From NCBI GenBank assembly GCA_034717975.1, contig JAYEMF010000120.1, forward strand, positions 1 through 32,987: a stretch of DNA of 32,987 nucleotides. The letters run 5' to 3'. Below are positions 16,416-26,815 of the stretch, one piece after another (the first letter of the stretch is position 1; each line of letters starts with the position of its first letter). The stretch is from Campylobacterota bacterium. Lineage in GTDB: Bacteria; Campylobacterota; Campylobacteria; Campylobacterales; Sulfurimonadaceae. Under the pieces are notes generated by a model. That model was not told where the DNA came from, made no database searches, and was given only the letters and a program-made list of their open reading frames with translations. The translations under genes and the position numbers were made by a program.

Positions 16416-17891
16416 ATGGAAAATCGTCCATTAGAGTATGACTATACAGTTGCCAAATGGTTTATGGTAGCGACTGTATTGCTTGGTGTCGTCGGTATGC
16501 TTATCGGCGTTATCCTTGCATGGCAACTGGCATTTCCAAGTGTGAACTTGATGCTGGGAGAGGGTCTGGCTGAGTACACTAACTTCTCTAGACTACGTCC
16601 ACTGCACACAGATAGTGTTGCATACGGGTTTACAGTAAGTGGTATTTTCGCTACATGGTATTATGTTGGTCAGCGTGTTTTGAAAGTATCTATGGCGGAA
16701 TCACCGTTCATGATGTTTATCGGAAAGCTGCATTTTGTTCTCTATATTCTTGTTGTAGTAGCAGTCGTCGTTACACTGCTTATGGGATATACGACTTCAA
16801 AAGAGTATGCGGAATTTGAATGGCCGGTAGATATCGGTGTTGTTGTGATCTGGGTACTTTGGGGTGTAAGTATTTTTGGTTTGATCGGTATGCGCCGTGA
16901 AAAAGCACTATACATCTCTGTTTGGTATTATATTGCTGCATTCCTGGCAGTTGCAATGCTTTACCTGTTTAACAACATGGAGGTTCCGACTTACTTCATT
17001 GCTGGTGAAGGTTCGATCATGCACTCTGTTTCTATGTATGCCGGTACGAATGATGCACTGGTCCAGTGGTGGTTCGGTCACAATGCGGTTGCGTTTGTCT
17101 TTACAACACCGATCGTTGCAATGATCTACTACTTCCTTCCAAAAGAGTCTGGTCAGGCAGTTTATTCTTACAAATTGTCACTTCTCTCTTTCTGGGGTCT
17201 GATGTTCGTTTACCTTTGGGCAGGTGGTCACCACCTTCTTTTCTCGACGGTTCCTGACTGGATGCAGACAATGGGTTCTGTCTTCTCAGTAGTACTGATC
17301 CTTCCTTCTTGGGGTTCTGCGATCAATATGCTTCTTACTATGAAGGGTGAGTGGCAACAGGTTGCTTCCAATCCATTGATCAAGTTTATGGTTCTTGCTT
17401 CTACTTTCTACATGTTCTCTACATTGGAAGGTCCGATCCAGGCGATTAAATCAGTTAATGCACTGGCACACTTTACAGACTGGATTGTCGGTCACGTGCA
17501 TGATGGTGTTCTTGGTTGGGTTGCATTCATGATCTTTGCTGCACTCTTCCATATGGCTCCACGTGTATTTAAACGTGAGATCTACTCTAAGTCATTGATG
17601 AATACACAGTTCTGGATCCAGACACTGGGTGTTGTTCTTTACTTTACCTCTATGTGGATCGCCGGTATTACACAAGGTATGATGTGGCGTGCAAATGATG
17701 AGTTCGGTAACCTTGCTTACTCATTCATCGATACGGTTACGGTACTTCACCCTTACTACACTATCCGTGCGGTTGGTGGTACACTTTATCTTATTGGTGT
17801 TTTCATGTTCGCTTACAACATGTACAAAACAATGTCAGCTCGTCCGGTTGAGGAATCTGAGCTTCAAAATGCAACGCCTATGGCTGCGTAA
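16416..17891 (+). CDS. ccoN: cbb3-type cytochrome c oxidase subunit I
   Basis: RLRPLHT, QWWFGHNAVAF, WAGGHHL, HVHDGVLGW. Confidence 0.99.
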   Translation: MENRPLEYDYTVAKWFMVATVLLGVVGMLIGVILAWQLAFPSVNLMLGEGLAEYTNFSRLRPLHTDSVAYGFTVSGIFATWYYVGQRVLKVSMAESPFMMFIGKLHFVLYILVVVAVVVTLLMGYTTSKEYAEFEWPVDIGVVVIWVLWGVSIFGLIGMRREKALYISVWYYIAAFLAVAMLYLFNNMEVPTYFIAGEGSIMHSVSMYAGTNDALVQWWFGHNAVAFVFTTPIVAMIYYFLPKESGQAVYSYKLSLLSFWGLMFVYLWAGGHHLLFSTVPDWMQTMGSVFSVVLILPSWGSAINMLLTMKGEWQQVASNPLIKFMVLASTFYMFSTLEGPIQAIKSVNALAHFTDWIVGHVHDGVLGWVAFMIFAALFHMAPRVFKREIYSKSLMNTQFWIQTLGVVLYFTSMWIAGITQGMMWRANDEFGNLAYSFIDTVTVLHPYYTIRAVGGTLYLIGVFMFAYNMYKTMSARPVEESELQNATPMAA

Positions 17892-17906
17892 AGGAAGGGG
17901 ATTAAA

Positions 17907-18599
17907 ATGTTTCATTGGTTAGAAAAACGTCCGTTCTTTTTTTCAGTAGCGGTATTTGTTGTAGTAGCATTTGCAGGTCTGGTAGAGATTCTTCCAAACT
18001 TTGCAAAGCAGTCACAACCGACAATCGGTACGACTCCATACTCAACGTTGGAGCTTGCAGGTCGTCATGTCTATATTAAAAACAGCTGTAATGCTTGTCA
18101 TTCACAGCTTATTCGTCCATTTAAAGCAGAAACTGACCGTTATGGTCACTACTCTATAAGTGGTGAGTATGCTTATGACCGTCCATTCCTTTGGGGTTCA
18201 AAACGTACCGGTCCAGACTTGATGCGTGTAGGTAACTACCGTACGACTGACTGGCATGAAAACCATATGTGGGAACCACAAGCGGTTGTCCCTGGCTCAA
18301 TTATGCCGGCATACAAATGGATGTTCACCAACCTGGCAGACATCGATACAGCATATGCTGAGATGGTAACGGTTGAAGCGGTATTCAATACCCCTTATAA
18401 CAAGCCGATTCCTATGAAAGATGGGTCAACGCATACTGTCAAACTTGCTGGTAATGTTGCTGAGGCAAATGCAGATGCACTTGAAGAAGCAAAACTTGTT
18501 GCGGCAGATATGAAAGACCAGAATGTTAAAGATATGGTTGCTAATGGTCAGATTCCAGAGATTGTTGCCATTATCGCATATATGAACAGTCTGAAGTAG
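17907..18599 (+). CDS. ccoO: cbb3 oxidase subunit II
   Basis: CNACHSQLIRP, WGSKRTGPDL, SIMPAY. Confidence 0.98.
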   Translation: MFHWLEKRPFFFSVAVFVVVAFAGLVEILPNFAKQSQPTIGTTPYSTLELAGRHVYIKNSCNACHSQLIRPFKAETDRYGHYSISGEYAYDRPFLWGSKRTGPDLMRVGNYRTTDWHENHMWEPQAVVPGSIMPAYKWMFTNLADIDTAYAEMVTVEAVFNTPYNKPIPMKDGSTHTVKLAGNVAEANADALEEAKLVAADMKDQNVKDMVANGQIPEIVAIIAYMNSLK

Positions 18600-18609
18600 G
18601 TAGGTAAGA

Positions 18610-18822
18610 GTGGATATTGCAGAACTTCAGGCATATGGTTTTTTTATTCTTACCGCCTTCTTGGTATTTGTACTTTATGGGTACATCTACCACCTATACA
18701 GTAGCGAGAAGAAGGGAGAACGCGATTATGAGAAATACGGCAATATTGCGCTCAATGATGAAATTACCGATAAACCGGTAGAAAAAGTCTCTAAAAAAGA
18801 GACCGAAAAAAAGGAGGCATAA
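18610..18822 (+). CDS. ccoQ: cbb3 oxidase subunit CcoQ
   Basis: Single TM, YIYHLY...RDYEKYG..ALND, between ccoO and ccoP. Confidence 0.9.
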   Translation: MDIAELQAYGFFILTAFLVFVLYGYIYHLYSSEKKGERDYEKYGNIALNDEITDKPVEKVSKKETEKKEA

Positions 18823-19725
18823 ATGAATAAGTTGATGCTATGGGGGATTATTGTCACCGTTGTGATGCTTGCTGCAACTTGGATGGCCGTTGGCGGTTCA
18901 AAAGGCGGCATGGGTGAAGATATTGTAAATCAACTTGCAGTTGCGGGTGCAGTTGCACTGGTAATCATTACAGTATTTGTAGTGATCAAGTATGTTCGTC
19001 AGATGCAAAATGACACCGCTTCAGGTGTATTGGCAGATGAGAACTGGGATGGAATTGGCGAATATAAAAATGAGCTTCCGTTTGGTTGGGCGATCATTTT
19101 TCTTGGCTCGATCATCTGGGCATTTTGGTATTTTATCGCTGGTTATCCAGTCAATGCATACTCTCAGATCGGTGAGTATAATGAAGATGTAGCTGCGGCT
19201 AATGCAAAGTTCGCACAGGCACATGAGAATATGAGTCCGGAAGATCAAGTAGATATGGGTCAGTCTGTCTTTATTGTACAGTGTGCGCCATGTCATGGTC
19301 TCTCTGCTGACGGTATCGATGGTAAAGCTGCAGATCTTCGTGAGCGTATCTCAAAAGAGGCCGTTGTCTATGCCATTAAAAATGGTGGAAACAACATGAA
19401 AACAGATTTCCCTGGCGGTATGCCGCCAATGATGTTAAGCGATGACGCGCAGATCAATGCTGTTGCTGATTATATCGCTGCAGGTATGCCTGCTGGTCAT
19501 AAAGGTGCTGAAGCCTATATGATGGGCGGTTGTACCGGTTGTCATGGCGATAACGGCGAAGGTATGCCTATGGTTGGACCTAAACTGAATGGGTATGATG
19601 TAGCTACTGTGGCTTCAGTGCTTAAAGATGGTAAAAAAGGTTTTATCGGTGCAATGCCGGCATTTACTAATTTAACAGAACCACAAATCAATGCACTTGG
19701 CGCTTATGTGTCAAGCTTGAAGTAA
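18823..19725 (+). CDS. ccoP: cbb3 oxidase subunit III (diheme)
   Basis: WDGIGEYKNELP, CAPCH and CTGCH. Confidence 0.96.
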   Translation: MNKLMLWGIIVTVVMLAATWMAVGGSKGGMGEDIVNQLAVAGAVALVIITVFVVIKYVRQMQNDTASGVLADENWDGIGEYKNELPFGWAIIFLGSIIWAFWYFIAGYPVNAYSQIGEYNEDVAAANAKFAQAHENMSPEDQVDMGQSVFIVQCAPCHGLSADGIDGKAADLRERISKEAVVYAIKNGGNNMKTDFPGGMPPMMLSDDAQINAVADYIAAGMPAGHKGAEAYMMGGCTGCHGDNGEGMPMVGPKLNGYDVATVASVLKDGKKGFIGAMPAFTNLTEPQINALGAYVSSLK

Positions 19726-19735
19726 GGAGGACGTA

Positions 19736-19966
19736 ATGGCAGAAAACGAAAACAGAAGTCCATTCGCATTTCACGGTATCCCTGGCTTTTTAATTGCAGT
19801 GGTTCTGCTACTTAGTATCCTTGCTGGTTTATCAGTATGGGGTGTTGGTGTTCAGCAGGCAAATGCAACAAAGTTCTATGAGATTAGAGATGAAAAATCT
19901 ATTCCGATGATCAGTACGAATCCTCAAGAGACGGCTGATCGCTGGGAAATCAAGAAGGAGCTCTAG
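19736..19966 (+). CDS. DUF4006 family small membrane protein (cco accessory)
   Basis: NENRSPFAFHGIPGFLIAVVLLLSILAGL; AGGAGG RBS; directly after ccoP. Confidence 0.85.
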   Translation: MAENENRSPFAFHGIPGFLIAVVLLLSILAGLSVWGVGVQQANATKFYEIRDEKSIPMISTNPQETADRWEIKKEL

Positions 19967-20068
19967 ATGAATGCAATCATGGATAAAGTTCTTGCATGGG
20001 CTCTAGTAGCCTCTGCACTCTATACGCTTTGGGCGGTATTTACACCGAACCACCTTTTCATCGGTTAA
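19967..20068 (+). CDS. 33-aa single-TM small protein in the cco operon (not in the ORF track)
   Basis: MNAIMDKVLAWALVASALYTLWAVFTPNHLFIG*. AAGGAG RBS; ATG abuts the previous stop and the ORF fills the gap exactly. Confidence 0.8.
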   Translation: MNAIMDKVLAWALVASALYTLWAVFTPNHLFIG

Positions 20069-20078
20069 GGAACCTTAA

Positions 20079-20705
20079 TTGATGATCTCACGAGGGCTTG
20101 CGGCCCTCATACTTACCTTTATTTTTTCTTCCACACTTTTTGCAGAATATTTATACAAAGATGAAGTGATCTTTCTCGAACATATTTCTGATGAAATTGA
20201 CACGATAGGTAAAGAACTGCGTGAAAAGACCGGTATCGGCCTTTATGCAGTAGTCATTAAAGAGCTAAAAAACAATCAGACCATTGTTGAGTATGAGAAA
20301 TCACTAGTTGAAGAGTTACAGGAACCATTTGTACTATTGGCTGTTGCAGAGTTTGATAAACAGATCGATATTTTGGCACGTCCGACAGATTTGTATAAGC
20401 ATTTTGACAAAGAACAGGTACTGAGTCCCATGCCAAACAGCGGGACCATCGTACCTATTTTAACGATGAAGGCAAAAAAAGCCCCGACTAGTGAACGATA
20501 TGCAGCGGCGGTTCTTAATGGATATACTGACCTTGCTGAGCAGATTTCAAAGGCTAAAGGCGTTGAACTTGAAAGTGCGCCCGGCAGTCCAAACAAAATG
20601 GTCTTCAATGTATTGCGTATTTTCTTCTATGGTATGATCCTTTACGCATTATATCTCTGGTTGAAGCGCAAATTATTAACAAGAAAGAGTAAGACAGATG
20701 AGTAA
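20079..20705 (+). CDS. TPM-domain-like membrane-anchored protein (cco accessory region)
   Basis: Signal peptide, ELREKTGIGLY, AAVLNGYTDLAEQI, C-terminal TM. Confidence 0.7.
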   Translation: MMISRGLAALILTFIFSSTLFAEYLYKDEVIFLEHISDEIDTIGKELREKTGIGLYAVVIKELKNNQTIVEYEKSLVEELQEPFVLLAVAEFDKQIDILARPTDLYKHFDKEQVLSPMPNSGTIVPILTMKAKKAPTSERYAAAVLNGYTDLAEQISKAKGVELESAPGSPNKMVFNVLRIFFYGMILYALYLWLKRKLLTRKSKTDE

Positions 20706-21207
20706 ACCAGATAGAGCTATGCGCTGGCCGTATGGTATTGCGCTTTCATTTGTGCTGATCATAGTTTTGATTATTGGAACTATTGTGGTGGCAAGTAATA
20801 ACGCGGTTGAGCCAAGCGATCTTTATATGCAGGATTATCATGTTATTGATGAAAATAAAAATGATATTATCCGGGCTGAAATTGCTTTTAAGAAGCGCTA
20901 CACGATCGAGTACACAACGAAAATGCTCGATATGAAAGATGCAGTCATTAGCTATGCATTACGTGACAAAGCGGGCCATCCGGTCAATGATGCCAAGATC
21001 AAAGTTGTCCTCACACGTCCCAATACACATGACCATGATATGACACTTGAAAATCCTTCAGAAAGAGATGGCCAATACACTTTCAGTTCGGTTGTATTAC
21101 CTAAAGAGGGAAGATGGGATATTATGGCACATGTGGTCATAGGTGAGCATCAGCGCTACTATAACCTTAAAGCAGATACACGCTACCCTAATACTTTCGA
21201 ATACTGA
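20698..21207 (+). CDS. ccoH: FixH/CcoH family cbb3 assembly protein
   Basis: RWPYGI plus TM, YMQDY, Ig-like VLTRP...LPKEGRWDI. Confidence 0.8.
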   Translation: MSKPDRAMRWPYGIALSFVLIIVLIIGTIVVASNNAVEPSDLYMQDYHVIDENKNDIIRAEIAFKKRYTIEYTTKMLDMKDAVISYALRDKAGHPVNDAKIKVVLTRPNTHDHDMTLENPSERDGQYTFSSVVLPKEGRWDIMAHVVIGEHQRYYNLKADTRYPNTFEY

Positions 21208-21231
21208 TTTAATCTTTTATAAGGAGGCAGT

Positions 21232-23577
21232 GTGGGAGATATGACAACCATTCTGCCTACTTCCCGCGCTATCCGTGCCGAGATCCTTCGTGAACGTGAA
21301 CATAACACTTTTCTTCCACGCTACATAAGCATCGGTGAATTTTTACAGCGTGCCGTGATCGTTGAAGGGCACCGTCGCATTGATGATGACACCCGAACAC
21401 TGCTCTTGCTGGAAGCGACAGATTTCAAACGCTTTGGGAACCTTCAGATCGAACGCAATTTTTTTACCTTCACCCAAAATGCTACTTACCTATTCCGCTT
21501 CTTTGAGGAGCTGTCCGGTGAACTGGTAGATATTTCAGCCTTGGAACTGGCAGACACCTACGGTGATTATGAAGAACATATTTTGATTTTAGGGGAGCTT
21601 TTTAATCGGTATAAAGCGCTGTGTGAAGAGAAGAAGATCTTGGACCCGATTTTCTTGCCACAATACTACACGCTCAATCAGGCCTACATCAAAAATCTCG
21701 GTGCCATAAAACTGATCGCCGAAGGTTATTTGACAAACTTCGAAATGAAGTTGCTGCAAGAGATATCAGCATTGACTCCGGTGAAGATTATATTTTATGC
21801 CAATAACTACAACCAGAAAATGCAAAGTAAATTCTGTGAACTTGGGATCCCGGTAGAGAATGAAATGATGCAGACCATTGATCTTTCAAATCGTCTGCTA
21901 GTGGAGAGGGCCTCTTTTGATACAGAGGCACAGATCAGGTGTGAGTCATTCAGTGAACGTCTACTGCAGGTAGCCTTCATCAAGCAGAAGGTATTTGAAT
22001 TTATAGAGATGGGGATAGCTCCCGAGAAGATCGCCGTTGTTCTGCCAGATGAGAGCTTTGCCGAGCATCTCAGGTATTTTGACAGCGAGAACAATTTTAA
22101 CTTTGCCATGGGGCTCTCTGTGGCCAAAAGTTCCTTTGTAGAAAAGATCGAGGCCGTAATGGCCTACCTCGATCACCAGAGTGTGGAGAATCAGGCCCGA
22201 CTCAATCGTGTCGGTCCGGATCTTCTGCAAATTATCTCGCCGCGCTATAAAGTTGAAATAGGAGAGTGTGATTTTCTTGCCATAATGCAGGATCTGCTCA
22301 AGGATGAACCGAGCAGTGAAATTAAGAAGATCGTTGACGAGGAACTTTACCTTTTTGAAAAAATCCTGCCTGTTCTGTCCGGATCGACACTCAAATCAGC
22401 TCTCTACCTTTTTGTCAATCGTCTAAAAAACAAATCGATCGATGATGTGCGCGGCGGGAAGGTCACGGTGATGGGTGTACTCGAAACACGTTCGGTCACC
22501 TATGACGGGGTGATTGTTGTGGATTTCAATGAAGATATCGTCCCGCGCAGAAGCGAAAAGGATCTCTTTTTAAATTCCGCTACACGTATCAAAGCGGGGT
22601 TGCCGGGTGCAGAAGATCGTGAATCACTTCAAAAACTCTATTATCACAACCTCTTCATGCGTGCTTCGCAGGTCGCTATATCATATGTAGAAGCTGCCGA
22701 TGCCGTGCCATCACGTTTTTTGACACAGCTCGGTATCACTGCTCGTAAAGTGTATGATGACAATCAATGGGCCTCTGTACTTTTCAGGAAGCAAGGGCGT
22801 CAGAAACTACCCTCTGCTCCGGTCATAGCCGACTATGATTTTACCTTGCGGCCACTTTCAGCGACAGGACTCAAAATATTTTTAAGCTGTAAGCGCCGTT
22901 TCTATCACCGCTATGTCGAGGGGCTGAAGTCCCATGAGATCGCCAAAGATATGCCCCAAGAGCATGAGATTGGAACAGCGCTGCATAATGCGCTTCGCGA
23001 TGTCTATCAGGCAGAGTCACGTTTCACAGAGAAAGAGGAGCTTAAAGAAGCTATCTTTAGCGCACTTCAATCCCATAACGGATCGACACCGCTGGATGCA
23101 TTTTTACATAAACTGTGGATGCGCCGTCTGGACCCGTTTGTCGAGCATGAGATCGAACGTTTTAAAAGTGCTGAAGTGCTTGAATGCGAAGTGAGTCTGA
23201 AGTGCCAGATAGACGGGATGACACTGGCCGGACAGATCGACCGGATTGACCGGACATCGGATGGACTGGAAGTATTGGACTATAAGAGTGGAAAGTATCC
23301 AGTCTATAGTGCGAAAACGGTTGAAAAGGCGACAGATTTTCAGCTTGAGTTCTACTACCTGCTGGCTCAGAAAAAGGGTGAAGTAGATCGATGCGGCTAC
23401 TACGATCTTAAAAGCGGAAAGATCGTCTACGAAGAGCTGTTGGAGATGAAACTGCAGCTTTTGAAAGAGCACCTCAATACGCTGCAGAGCACAAAGCGCT
23501 TTGATTTTGAACAGACAGAAGATTATGCGGCTTGTCGTTTTTGCGATTATGTACACCTATGCCAGAGGGAACTGTGA
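21232..23577 (+). CDS. addB: AddB-like PD-(D/E)XK nuclease subunit
   Basis: LPTSRAIR, GVLETR, GQIDRID...LDYKSG; Fe-S staple cysteines (LSCKR and CRFCDYVHLC). Confidence 0.9.
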   Translation: MGDMTTILPTSRAIRAEILREREHNTFLPRYISIGEFLQRAVIVEGHRRIDDDTRTLLLLEATDFKRFGNLQIERNFFTFTQNATYLFRFFEELSGELVDISALELADTYGDYEEHILILGELFNRYKALCEEKKILDPIFLPQYYTLNQAYIKNLGAIKLIAEGYLTNFEMKLLQEISALTPVKIIFYANNYNQKMQSKFCELGIPVENEMMQTIDLSNRLLVERASFDTEAQIRCESFSERLLQVAFIKQKVFEFIEMGIAPEKIAVVLPDESFAEHLRYFDSENNFNFAMGLSVAKSSFVEKIEAVMAYLDHQSVENQARLNRVGPDLLQIISPRYKVEIGECDFLAIMQDLLKDEPSSEIKKIVDEELYLFEKILPVLSGSTLKSALYLFVNRLKNKSIDDVRGGKVTVMGVLETRSVTYDGVIVVDFNEDIVPRRSEKDLFLNSATRIKAGLPGAEDRESLQKLYYHNLFMRASQVAISYVEAADAVPSRFLTQLGITARKVYDDNQWASVLFRKQGRQKLPSAPVIADYDFTLRPLSATGLKIFLSCKRRFYHRYVEGLKSHEIAKDMPQEHEIGTALHNALRDVYQAESRFTEKEELKEAIFSALQSHNGSTPLDAFLHKLWMRRLDPFVEHEIERFKSAEVLECEVSLKCQIDGMTLAGQIDRIDRTSDGLEVLDYKSGKYPVYSAKTVEKATDFQLEFYYLLAQKKGEVDRCGYYDLKSGKIVYEELLEMKLQLLKEHLNTLQSTKRFDFEQTEDYAACRFCDYVHLCQREL

Positions 23578-26288
23578 TGTTTGTCCCTTTTCATGCCTAT
23601 GAGGCGAGTGCAGGCAGCGGTAAGACATTCAGCCTGGTGGTCCGCTATCTGAGCCTGCTCTTTATGGGTGAGGATGCCGACAGGATCCTGGCCCTGACCT
23701 TTACAAACAAAGCGGCCAACGAGATGCAGGAGCGGATTATTGAAACGCTGAAGAGCCTGAATGAGCGCGGAGAGCTGGCTGTGATCGCCGAGGTGACTGG
23801 AATGGGTGCCGAAGAGATCCTCGTACGACGCAAAGAGGTGTTGAGCCGTTTTCTGAATGCCGATACCAAAGTGATGACGATTGACAAGTTCTTTGCCAAG
23901 ATCTTGCGCAAGTTTTCGCTGCATGCAGGATTGATGCCGAACTTTACCACCTTCGAATCCCAGCATGAACTCAAAGTGATGGCACGTTTTCTGGCGTTGG
24001 TCGATGTAGAGGGGAAAGAGGATACCCTGATCAATCTTGCATTGATGGCCTCCAAGCGACTGAGTGATATCTTTACACTTCTTGACGAGCTCTACAGTAA
24101 AAGCAAGGAGCTCGATTATAAAGCGTTTTCATCTGTTCCCTATGCACTGCATGCCGATGCGGCAATGAAAGAGCTTCGTGAACTGCAGGCCTATGTCAAT
24201 GGCCATCCCGATGCTTCGAAAACAGCCAGGAGCGGTGTAGAGGCAGATGACATTGATACGCTGACAAAAAAGAGCTGGCTGGAACGGGATACTTTTGATT
24301 ATCGTACCTTCTCAAAGATTTACGATCCCAAAATGGATATTTCGCTTCGTAGTATCAAAGCGCATATCTATGACTATATGCAGGCCAGAGAACAGCATTT
24401 TATGCATGGACTTTTTTCCCTTCTGGCTACCTATGAAGAGGCTAAACGGCGTGTGGCCAAAGAGGATGGTGAGCTCAGTTTCGATGATATTACGGCACTG
24501 GTTTATTACCTGCTCAAAGAGCGTATTGACAGCGAGTTCCTCTATTTCAGGCTCGACAGCCGCATTTCGCATATGCTGCTCGATGAGTTTCAGGATACCT
24601 CGATCATCCAGTTCGAGATACTCCGTCCACTGATCGAAGAGATGCGTTCGGGTGAAGGAGCTAAAGAGAAGAGCTCGCTCTTTCTGGTTGGGGATGTGAA
24701 GCAGTCCATCTACCGTTTTCGCGGTGGCACCAAAGCACTATTTCATGCGGTTACCGATGCTTATGAACTGCAGGTCGATCAACTGAGTACAAACTATCGC
24801 AGCCATCGTCATGTGGTCGAGTTTGTCAATGATGTGTTTATCGATAAGATTGAGCGTTATGAACCACAGCTTGTCAAAGAGGGTGCTGGCGAAGGTTACA
24901 TTGAAGTGCTCAATGATGACGATATCCTTGAAGCGATGAAGCACAAAGTCAAATCTCTGCTGGAGCAGGGTGTGCAAGCTGATGACATCGCCGTCCTGAC
25001 AGCCACCAATGCCGATGGTTCGGCGGTTGAAGAGCTGCTCCGCGAAGAGAGTATTGAAGTGGTGACGGAGACAACCTCAAAACTGATCAACCAGAAAGTG
25101 GTACGTGCTCTGATCGAGTATCTGAAGTACAGCTATTTTGGTGAGACTATCTATGCGCGCAACTTCTTTGCATTGATCGAAATACCGACAGAACGGCTGG
25201 AACGGTGTGACATTCATACCAGTGACCTTGCAGGTGAAGTGAAAAAGGTGATTGAACGCTATGCTCTCTATGATGGCGATATGAATCTGCTCCGTTTTAT
25301 GGAGCTGCTTTCACACTACCGTGACCTGGAGCAGTTCCTTTTTGAATATGAACGCATTGATGCGAAAGCGGCGCAGATGGATCTCAATGGCGTACGGGTA
25401 TTGACCGTTCATAAATCAAAAGGGCTGGAATATGATCAAGTGATTGTTCTTGACAGACTCGGACGAGGTGCCCCCAATACAGACCCGATCATCTATGAAT
25501 ATGATGGGATCTATCTGCAAAATATCTTTCTCCGTATGAAAAACAGGGACCTGCTCGATCCGGCTTATGCCCTGGCACTGGAGAAAGAGAAGCGACTCTC
25601 TGACGAGGATGCCCTCAATGCCCTCTACGTTGCCTTTACCCGGGCCAGAGTCTCCCTTTTTGTTATCCAGAAGTCAAAAGGCTCCAAGTTTGAGATGCTG
25701 GGGCTCGAACCGCAGCATAGAGGTGTGTTAGAGGTACAAAGTACTCCTGAAAAAGTTGAAGAGGAGCGGAGGGTACTGTCATATACAGCACTGACTTATG
25801 GGACACAATCTGATGTAGTGCATGATGCTGAAGAAGATGATGAGTATGATCATCAGGCGGTCACATTCGGACTGGCACTGCACTACACCCTTGAGCTGAT
25901 GGCAGGTTTTACACGAGATGCATTGAGTGAAGCACTGCAGGCCACCTGGAACCGTTTCGGAGCACAGCTGGATGAACTGCAGCTGAAAAGTATCGAACGT
26001 CGTATAGTCAGGTTGTTGGAAGATGAGCAGTTCACTCTACTCACGCAGGGTAAGATACATAAAGAGCAGCCGATCAGTTATGATGGTCAACTGCGCTATC
26101 TTGACCTGCTGATCGAACATGATCAGGGCTGGACAGTGATTGATTATAAGAGTGCACTAAGCCATAGCGAATCACACCTGATCCAGGTAGGGTTCTATAA
26201 AAAAGCACTGCGTGCCATAACACAGGCACCAGTCAAAGGGTATTTATGTTATCTGCTGGAAGAGGGCACAAAGCTTGTCGAAGTATAA
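23577..26288 (+). CDS. addA: AddA/RecB-like helicase-nuclease
   Basis: ASAGSGKT, LTFTNKAA, LLDEFQDT, VGDVKQSIYRFRG, TVHKSKGLE, LYVAFTRA, IDYKS; TGATG coupling with addB. Confidence 0.94.
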   Translation: MFVPFHAYEASAGSGKTFSLVVRYLSLLFMGEDADRILALTFTNKAANEMQERIIETLKSLNERGELAVIAEVTGMGAEEILVRRKEVLSRFLNADTKVMTIDKFFAKILRKFSLHAGLMPNFTTFESQHELKVMARFLALVDVEGKEDTLINLALMASKRLSDIFTLLDELYSKSKELDYKAFSSVPYALHADAAMKELRELQAYVNGHPDASKTARSGVEADDIDTLTKKSWLERDTFDYRTFSKIYDPKMDISLRSIKAHIYDYMQAREQHFMHGLFSLLATYEEAKRRVAKEDGELSFDDITALVYYLLKERIDSEFLYFRLDSRISHMLLDEFQDTSIIQFEILRPLIEEMRSGEGAKEKSSLFLVGDVKQSIYRFRGGTKALFHAVTDAYELQVDQLSTNYRSHRHVVEFVNDVFIDKIERYEPQLVKEGAGEGYIEVLNDDDILEAMKHKVKSLLEQGVQADDIAVLTATNADGSAVEELLREESIEVVTETTSKLINQKVVRALIEYLKYSYFGETIYARNFFALIEIPTERLERCDIHTSDLAGEVKKVIERYALYDGDMNLLRFMELLSHYRDLEQFLFEYERIDAKAAQMDLNGVRVLTVHKSKGLEYDQVIVLDRLGRGAPNTDPIIYEYDGIYLQNIFLRMKNRDLLDPAYALALEKEKRLSDEDALNALYVAFTRARVSLFVIQKSKGSKFEMLGLEPQHRGVLEVQSTPEKVEEERRVLSYTALTYGTQSDVVHDAEEDDEYDHQAVTFGLALHYTLELMAGFTRDALSEALQATWNRFGAQLDELQLKSIERRIVRLLEDEQFTLLTQGKIHKEQPISYDGQLRYLDLLIEHDQGWTVIDYKSALSHSESHLIQVGFYKKALRAITQAPVKGYLCYLLEEGTKLVEV

Positions 26289-26382
26289 TCCTTATATTTA
26301 ACTTAATTTAAGCTATATATAAGAAAATGCCAGTATACTTCCACCACTTTTAATTAAGAAATTTAAAACAGGATTGTATCAG

Positions 26383-26805
26383 ATGAAGTTTACAAAAATA
26401 GCTACACCTGAACAGATCGAACAAAAATGGATTCTCATCGATGCCGAGGGAAAAACATTTGGTCGTTTGATCACAGAAGTCGCTACGCGCCTTCGCGGTA
26501 AAGATAAACCATATTTTACACCAAACGTTGACTGTGGTGATTACGTTGTAATCATTAACGCTTCAAAAGTTGTATTTAAGGGTGCGGGCAAGATCGCTAA
26601 CAAAGAGTATCACGAGCACACCGGTTACTTCGGTGGTGTAAAAAGTGTCAAGATGACAGACCTTCTGGAAAACAACCCGGAAAAACTGTTCAAACTGGCA
26701 ACACGCGGTATGCTTCCGAAGACAAAACTCGGTAAGGCAATGCTCAAAAAACTAAAAATTTATGCAGGCAGTGAGCACCCTCACTCTGCACAAATTGCCA
26801 AGTAA
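26383..26805 (+). CDS. rplM: 50S ribosomal protein L13
   Basis: LRGKDKPYFTPNVDCGDYVVIINA, RGMLPK; ATG 26383. Confidence 0.98.
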   Translation: MKFTKIATPEQIEQKWILIDAEGKTFGRLITEVATRLRGKDKPYFTPNVDCGDYVVIINASKVVFKGAGKIANKEYHEHTGYFGGVKSVKMTDLLENNPEKLFKLATRGMLPKTKLGKAMLKKLKIYAGSEHPHSAQIAK

Positions 26806-26815
26806 GGATTGACTG

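Noticed and set aside
23532..23576. N-terminal extensions in the track for addA (likewise porA 30657, HAD 28935, uppP 9911, rplM 26374)
   Set aside because: Downstream ATGs with stop/start coupling, a better RBS or a family-typical N-terminus fit better
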